NCBI RefSeq assembly: GCF_009914755.1
Contig: NC_060927.1
DNA: 64,000 nucleotides
Reading direction: 5' to 3' (one strand)
Source of the DNA: the human T2T-CHM13v2.0 reference genome, Homo sapiens
The notes below the pieces were generated by a model, which saw only the letters and a list, made by a program, of their open reading frames with translations, had not been told where the DNA came from and ran no database searches. The number at the start of each line of letters is the position of its first letter. Positions within the stretch are counted from its first letter, which is position 1. Shown one piece after another: positions 55,730 through 64,000 of the stretch. The translations under genes were made by a program, and so were the position numbers.

Positions 55730-56048
55730 TTTCTTTTTCTTTTTTTTTTTTTTGAGACAGAATCTCACTTTGTTGCCCAGGCTGAAGTACAGTGGTGCGA
55801 TCTTGGCTCACTCAACCTCTGCCTCCTGGGCTCAAGCGATTCTCCTGCCTCAGACTCCCAAGTAGATGGGATTACAGGCATCTGCCACCATCCCCAGCTA
55901 ATTTTTGTATCATTATTATGTTTTTAGTAGTAGTGACGGGGTTTCTCCATGTAGGCCAGGCTGGTCTCCAATTCCTGACCTCAAGTGATACACCCGCCTG
56001 GGCTTCCCAAAGAGTTGGGATTACAGGCGTGAGCCACCATGCCTGGCC
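55730..56048 (-). mobile_element. AluS inserted in a MIR
   Basis: 17-bp TSD tgattctc(t/c)aatttctt at 55713-55729 and 56049-56065. Confidence 0.94.
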
Positions 56049-56139
56049 TGATTCTCCAATTTCTTATCCATACACCAAAGGAATTGAACAATAAGGTTTG
56101 GGGCTATCCTTTTAACTGTAATGATTATAAACTTTTCCA

Positions 56140-56800
56140 TGAACCCATTCATCCTTTCTTTGGTTACTCTCTAGGTGGAAGACACTGTACCAGGTGTCAG
56201 GAATACAACGGTGAGGAAGACACAGATTTAGCTCTCATGGAGTCCAACTGACATAATCCTAATAATGCCATGCAAATATGATTACGATCTGGAACAAGTG
56301 CTATCAAGACAAGGGTCCACAAGAACCTATAGCTAGGAATCTATTCTAATATGTGGTCAAGAAAGCCTTCCTGAAAGAAAACACCTTTGAGATGATGCAT
56401 GAAAGATGGATAGGTGAATGGAGAGCTGTAATTTATTTTAGAGAGAAGGAACAATACGTGTGAAGACCCCAAGTGCCTGAAGAAATAAGGAGGAGTCAGT
56501 GTGGCTGTGGCAATGAGGGCTGGGGGTGACAGATGTAAGATGGGCAGGGAGGGGCCAGAGAGTCCAGGGAGGCATTGAGAAGGAGGAGGTATTCAGGAGG
56601 AGGAGGGGATTAGGGTTGTTGGTCTTCATTTTAAGGGCATTGGAAAGCCATTGAAAGTTTTAAGCTGGGACACGGCACAAACCAGTTCACATTCTTTGGC
56701 TTTAATGTGGAAAAGAGACTGATGAAGGGAGCCAAGAAAATAGGCAGGGAGGCCAGTTGAGAGGTGCTTGTACGAGACCGGGTGAGTGTGATGGCAGTGG
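56140..56800 (-). mobile_element. L2 fragment
   Basis: gctctcatggagtcc...ggtcaagaaagccttcctga...ttggaaagccattgaaagttttaagc. Confidence 0.75.
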
Positions 56801-56959
56801 GGACACTAAGGGGTTAAGCCTTTGTTGTCAGTGCTAATAAACATAAGGGGTGACTTGAAAACATTCAATCAACAATGAAGCTATATTCTCCTCTACATCT
56901 ATGCACATTAGTATCCCACAAACCCGAAATGGGCCTCAGTTATAAGCTCTCAGCCCCAG

Positions 56960-57165
56960 ATTCTTTTTTCCTAAAGCCCTTCCACAGCTGCCATCTGCCA
57001 CTGTTTTTGTGACTGTTTGGTAAATATCTGATCTCCAGCTAGACTATAAGTTCCAGGGAGGCAGGGTAGTCGTTGTTTGTTTCTATTACTGCTTCTTAGT
57101 GCCTGAGACAGTGCCTGGCATGTAGCTGGTGCTCAGTAAATATTTGTGGAATGAGTGAATGAACT
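56960..57165 (+). mobile_element. L2 3' end
   Basis: ctagactataagttccagggagggcaggg...cagtgcctggcatgtag...gaatgagtgaatgaa. Confidence 0.8.
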
Positions 57166-57375
57166 ATAAGAGCAAAGCAGACTCCTCTAGCAGGAAAAAT
57201 ATGGAGCGAGACTATGTCTGGATTGGGGCGAGAAGGTCAAGGGGAAACCAGCACACGGTATATTGGTCTCTTAAAACAAGAGACTTAGGCTAGATTTTCC
57301 ATGGGGCCTGATAACAAGGGGTAAGAAATAAAGATGTTGGCACTTGGGTCCCAGCTGGTGTAACTGGTTGAGTGA

Positions 57376-57743
57376 TGTATTAGTCTGTTCTCACGCAGCT
57401 AATAAAGACATACCCAAGACTGGGTAATTTGTGAAGGAAAGAGATTTAATGGATTCACAGTTCCACATGGCTGGGGAGGCCTCACAATCATGGTGGAAGT
57501 CAAGGGAGGAGCAAAGGCACGTCTTATGTGGCATGGCAGCAGGCAAGAGAGCATGTGCATGGGAACTCGCCTTTATAAAACCATCAGATATCTTGAGACT
57601 TATTCACTATCAAGAGAACAGCATGGGAAAGACCTGCTCCCATGATTCAATTACCTCTCACTGGGTACCCCCATGACACGTGGGAATTATGGGAGCTACA
57701 ATTCAAGATGAGATTTGAGTGGGGACAAAGCCAAACCATATCA
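57376..57743 (-). mobile_element. THE1 (THE1C-like) MaLR solo LTR, same orientation as CADPS
   Basis: tgtattagtctgttctcacgcagctaataaagacataccc...ggggacaaagccaaaccatatca; 5-bp TSD agtga/ggtga. Confidence 0.92.
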
Positions 57744-58769
57744 GGTGAACCCTGAATCCTGGGCATAGCATCTGCTTCACTAGCCCCTTCCTTTGTACAT
57801 AGTAGCTACTCAATAAATACTTCTGAATTACCAGTGGAAGACAAGTCACCTAACCTCCATCAGTCTCACTCTCCTTCATGGTAAACAATGAAGGAATCCA
57901 GCCTTTCTTCTTTGCTGAGGATCAAACTGAGAAGACTTTGAAAAGTGGAGGGATCTATCTGTCCTGTGTTAAGATACAACTGCCAGATCCCAGAAAGAGG
58001 AGAGATGAGTGGAATGATAAGAACATGGAGGAAAGAGGCCAAAGACTGGGGAGACAGTAAAGATGAATTGCCCAATGGAGACAAGACAGCCATGAGGAGA
58101 GAAGGTGGCAGCAGGAAACTATTTCTACAGGCACATCATCTGTCTTGGCTTCTCAGTCTGTCAAAGAGGAAGTGGGGCCTGGGCCAGCCTCACCCTATAA
58201 TGAATACAAACACTAAGTACTGATGTGCCTGTGTGTCTCTAAAACAACTATTCAAACTCAATTGTGCTGGGAGCTCTGTCTGTATTTTGTATCCGTGTTT
58301 GTTTCTGTTTTTGCTTTTTAGTGGCTGCCACAAGAGACTTTAACCCCAAGCCCAGTTCTATCTGGGCACATCCATAAATCCTCCCTGCTTTTCTGCCAAC
58401 TTCCAGACAGGTCATAATGAGAGATGGAAGATAAACAAATAAATATGGAATTGTGAAGGACAGTCAATTCAGCAACTCGACCTCATCCATCAGTCCTTCC
58501 CTCCATCACCAGAGCCAAGCAACCTCAAGGTCATTTTAGAAACATACAAACACATCAGTACTTAGTGACTGTTCACATTACAGATGAGGTTGGCCTAGCT
58601 CCCATTTGCTAGCTGATAAGCTGAGAAGCCACAGCAGATTCATTCCTGTTCTGAAAAAGCATATCCTTTCAATATAAATAAGAAAAACATCTAGATGTTG
58701 GAGTAAGTAAGGTTTGCAAGAAACACACACCTCGTTGCTATTAATAAATGGGCACATAAATAATGAAAG

Positions 58770-59040
58770 GGGTAGACATCATGGTTAGGAGGATGGGCCC
58801 TGGTATTAGAACACCTGGGTTCAAATCCTGGCTCTGTTGCTTGCTAGCTTTGCCACCTGAGCAAGTTACTTAATCTTCCTGGGCTTTAATTTCCTCACCT
58901 TTAAGATGGGAGTTATAACAACCTTCCTTTGTAGGATTTTGGTGATCCCTGAATCCTGATTCAGTGATATTATGCCTGCAAGTTGGTTAGCCTGTTGCCT
59001 ACTATTCGGCTAAGAATGTAATACAAGTTAGCTGTTATTT
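58770..59040 (+). mobile_element. MIR
   Basis: cctgggttcaaatcctggctctg...gcaagttacttaatct...tttcctcacct. Confidence 0.85.
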
Positions 59041-59870
59041 TTAAATAGAATATCATGCAGCCATGAAAAAAGATATATATTTTTTCATTACCATCCAAAG
59101 ATGTCCATGATATATGGTTATAATGGACCAGAGCCTTCCAATGGCAGGGGTGAGGTGGGATTGGAGGATAGGAACATGGCTCTGGATTTAGAATACCATA
59201 GGAAATAAGACAGTTTACTGATGAGAGTATGCCATTTGTGTGACCTTTGGAAAGGTAGGAAGGAGACTGAAAACAACTGTGTTAAATAAAAGAAGTGGGT
59301 CCTTAATAGTTTGTGGTAATTTCCCACCTTAATATGCAAGCCAAATAGTTATCTTGACATGCATAGATACATTGAAAGTACCTGGAAAGATAGAAACCAA
59401 AGTTTAATTTTGGTTATCTAGGATGATGGGATTGCAAGTATTTTTTAACCATGTAAATGCAGAGATTTTTCTACATTGTCTGTTTTATTTTTATAGTGGG
59501 CATGTTTTACTTTCACGGTCATTTGAAACACATCTTTTCTACCTGGAAAAATACAAATTTTACCTTCTTTGAGGCAAGGTGCATTTTCATTTCTAAAATA
59601 AAATGTATTTTCAAATCTTAAAAATCTTCTTCACCAAAAAGTAAAGGATTCTGGGCAAAGTTTCAGAAGCAGATCTTGGGCCATGACCTTGTGGTAGGTG
59701 GTGCTAGATTAGGAGCAAAAGTACTTTCCCTTTTCTTTTCTATGCCCTTTTCCCCTGCTCCATCTTGCACCTCCCTTCCTCCATGCCCAGGGAGTGAATT
59801 GATTCTATCAACTTTCAACTCTCTTCTTCTATTTCTATGCAGCATATGGACACCATACCACCATGCTCAT

Positions 59871-59916
59871 TTCTAACCTTAATATATTAATATATTCTAA
59901 CCTTAATATATTAATA
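59871..59916. repeat. 24-bp tandem duplication
   Basis: ttctaaccttaatatattaatata repeated about 1.9 times. Confidence 0.9.
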
Positions 59917-60074
59917 ATGGAACTGTCCAGGTATATATATTCTCATTTAGTCTTGAGAGCAATTAGGCAAGGAAGGTCCTATTAAAGATGAAGCAACTAA
60001 GGCTCAGACATAGCTGAGGTCCCAGAGTCAGTGTGTAACAGGACTAGAACTCAACCCACCTCTGTCGGACACAA

Positions 60075-60233
60075 TTTTTATTTTTAATTTATTTAGAGAC
60101 AGGGTCTCATTCTGTCACCCAGGCTGGAGTGCAGTGGTGCAGCTCACTGCAGCCTTGAACCTCTGGCCCCAAGAGGCTGAGGTTCCTCAGCCTCATAAAG
60201 TACTGGGATTACAGATGTGAACTGCACCTGGCC
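60075..60233 (-). mobile_element. Alu monomer (FAM/FRAM-like) in a MIR
   Basis: Single arm gagacagggtctc...gggattacag...cctggcc, with a fold-back mutation. Confidence 0.85.
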
Positions 60234-60519
60234 TTGGACACTAAACTCATCCTCTTAATCACTCTGCCTGCCACCTCCTGCCTCCTCCTTGCTGGGCTTT
60301 CCCTGCAAGAATCAATGCTTTAGAGTGGGTAGTTATTCTTCCCCTATGGATGTACCTGTTTATCATGGTATCTCAGGTACCATGGAATAGTTGTAGCCAT
60401 TCTACTTATTAGAAAATATATTGCTTCATTTTAGAAAAATAGCCAGTGTGACCTGATTTATACTCCTCTTAAATAAAAAAAGTTCAACCATAATAACTAA
60501 ACGTCTTCTTGCATAGATG

Positions 60520-60995
60520 AAACCTGCAGTTTTAGCCTGCCAACTGTTCTTCCTCTTCTGATAATAGTACCTCAGTCTTTCTTCCAAGAACCCCTTTCTC
60601 ATTACATAGTTGCAGTGGGATTGTCAATTGTAGGACTTTGTCCTTCTTTAGCCAAGTGGTGGGTTGGGATCTGAGCTTGGTCAGTAAGACTGCCACTTCT
60701 TGAGTTCACATTCCGAGTGGGTTGGCATGAGAATGGACTGGGCTAGAGTAGGTTTATCCCAATTATTAAGTGTCTGTTATATCTTACTATCTGGCTTCCT
60801 GAAGTTAAACTGGTCTGGTTTCCTTCTTTTCTGAAGCTTAGCTGTTTCTTCTGATAACAACAACAATACTGGCAACAACAGCAAACTATTGTTGTTGTTG
60901 TTGCTTCTGCTGTTGTTATGATGATGATGATGATTAGGGCTTAATTTAATCACAGTCGGTTTCTGTTGCTAGCAACTAAAGAAGTCTGTCTGTTG
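60520..60995 (+). mobile_element. ERVL LTR33-like relic
   Basis: cttcctcttctgataatagtacc...ggtttctgttgctagcaactaaagaagtc. Confidence 0.5.
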
Positions 60996-61862
60996 CAACA
61001 TTCAAAGCTAGTTTGACAAAAATGAACTAGGCATTTATTAAAAAACAAAACCAAAACAATACAAACAAACAAAAAAATAACAACAACAACAAAAAAACAA
61101 CACTCACACACCCCAAACAAAGCTCAATTATAGGAGCTTCACTGGCTGAAGTTCAGACATCAGATGCAGTGTTCTGAAATGAATTTTTATGTCTTCTGCC
61201 ACATATGACACTCCCATTTTCTTGCAAATACCCCCATGTTCACTTCCAGGAAGAATTTGAGTTTTGTAAAACTTTTTTATCCACCTATTTTCTCTGATGC
61301 CAGGACCAGCATGTGAAGAAACTAAAATCAAGCAGGGAGGTGAGGAGGTGAGCATGAGGAGGTGAGTGTGAGGAGGGAGGGAGAGAGCAAGGGAGGGCTT
61401 ATATTTTGGACATTTTTCTTAAAAATAGTTAGAAAAGGTGTGAGGAACACAGAGAAATGGCTCTCTGATGCCATATCTCAGGACCAGGGGTGTGAGAACC
61501 AGACAGAATTGCTGGGCCAGATCTCAGAGCACCCATCCCAGCCCCCAGCCCTTGGCCCTGAAAGCCAGAATTGAAGAGATTAATGGATTAATCTGTTGCC
61601 CTGCTTGATCCGCTCTGACAATCAGGGCCATCAGGAAAGGACAAAAATAAACCTGTGTGCTCTTGAGAACCATGGGGACCTTGGTCTCCTTTCTCCCATC
61701 CCCACTCATGGCCCAGGCCTCACCAACTTGTTGTTAATGGTGACTAGCTTGGTTCAGACTGGGCTGGATGGGCACAGATGGAAAAGGAATAGCACCTCCT
61801 CTCTCCTTTCATTTATTAAAAGATGATCTTTACTACTCTAGCATGCTGAGAGATCAATTCAG

Positions 61863-62490
<628 letters not shown>

Positions 62491-62749
62491 ATGCATTAGC
62501 AAAACAAGACCGATATCTAAAACTGACTTTTTAAAGTACAGAAATCCCAGAACATTTTGAGATTATTGCTGTTACACTATTTTTTAACGTTATTGCTGTT
62601 GGTAAACTGGAGTGTGAAGTTGTGGCATGGTAGGGTGGAGTGTGTGTGAATGTGAAAGAGAGGGAATTTGGAAGGAGGATATCTGTTGGTTTTGTCTGCT
62701 GAGCATATATTCCCCGTTTTGGTAAAAAGCAGCCTAACGGTTTATTAAG

Positions 62750-63245
62750 AAACCATTACATTCTTCCTGAAAATGGTTCCAGTGCAGCTGAGCCTGTACT
62801 CAGGTGCCAGAGATGGTGGCTGTCCTAAGCCTTAACCCCCCAGTCTATTTCACCCCCATCCACTGTGACTGACTCAAGAAGGGACATATGATCCATGTCA
62901 GTCCAACAAAGTCACCCCATGTCTTTGCTAGGGAGCTCAGCAGGGGTGTTCTCTTTGCTCCTGGAGGTGCTAAACTGGTAGGATGTGCCCTGGGGCTGTC
63001 AAGGTCTTCCACATGGAGAGAAGCTGACCAAGAAGGAAGTCAACACAGGGATGAGTACAGTCGAGAGGTGGGGGGAAGATACCCATCCCGCTGGTAACTT
63101 TGGAGCCTCTGGATCCAGCCATGGCTGAAGCCAGGCCTACTCCTGGACTTTTAAGTTAATTGAGGAAATAAATCTCTTTTTTAGGGTTATCCAGTATGAC
63201 CTAGGTATCGGTCACTTATAATCCATAGAGTCCTGACTAAGACAG
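62750..63245 (+). mobile_element. Old MaLR LTR (MLT1K/L-like)
   Basis: ggagcctctggatccagccatggctgaagcc...aataaatc...tcacttataatccatagagtcctgactaa. Confidence 0.6.
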
Positions 63246-64000
63246 GGGCCAACAGAGAAGCAATTGGAACCCAGAGTTGGGTACAGGAAGAGACATCAGC
63301 TTCTCCATAGCCCAAGGATGAAGGGGAAAGGAGAAAGGAAGGTGTAATCAACTTGGAGAGCTCCCAAGTAAAGTGTTAACCCTGATCTCCTGATACAGAA
63401 ACTTCACTTTAGAGGATTAGACTTCCCTGGAAAAGTGAATCTAAGACTCTCCAAAGTATTTACTAATGAAGACAGCAGTTAGATCATTAATACCCCACAT
63501 CCTTTCTTATGTTACTCAAATGCTAACATTAAATATTCAGTAATTTCTCAATGCCTGTATTCTTACCAGACAAAAAATGATACTGTTTCCAATAAACTAG
63601 CCACTACAGAGGAAAACATTGGGATCACTGTAGATGTAATGGTAATTTCCAGAGACTCATTAGCACCTTGATGACTATTAATTTTCACATTTAATTAATA
63701 GATAGAAATGACACTTTCTTTTAATTTATGCCATTAGTCAAATGAGCTTTCTAATTAAGATTTGCAACCTATAAATTTATAAACTCTGGTGAATGACTCT
63801 AAATATGGAGAACTATGGATAGGGGTCTGCTTGGCCTGACAAGGGTTCTGCCATTACTCTCCCATTGGCTTCCAGAACTTGAACAAAGAGGGAAAATTAA
63901 TTTCATTCCCAGGCAGTTTCTAAACAAAACCTTAGTTAAATATATTCAAGTTATTCACTATCATATATCACTGTGATTCCAAATCTCATTTCTACTCCCC

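Overview
This is primate (almost certainly human) genomic DNA lying entirely inside the CADPS (CAPS1, Ca2+-dependent secretion activator) gene, which is transcribed on the minus strand. Only one coding exon is present: a 333-nt, phase 0/0 exon at 53455->53123 ([11 protein letters not shown]...HQLLYNACQ; exon 3 from recall), with canonical AG and GT sites. The rest is intron, densely filled with interspersed repeats: about 20 Alus, many MIR and L2 relics, L1 fragments including a 2-kb ORF2 piece, MaLR/ERVL/ERV1 solo LTRs, and hAT and mariner MITEs, plus a (CTAT)12 STR. Nearly all ORFs in the track are spurious, repeat-derived or antisense shadows. I found no convincing new biological system. 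The best leads are: (i) a sense-oriented THE1 LTR with an intact splice donor 4 kb upstream of the exon; (ii) the exon's in-frame skipping and circularisation potential; (iii) an intronic MADE1 hairpin carrying miR-548-type arms; (iv) two Alus with identical-architecture fold-back (template-switch) mutations; and (v) a few homeodomain/POU motif clusters in unique sequence. Repeat subfamily names and most repeat boundaries are by-eye estimates from recalled consensus sequences.
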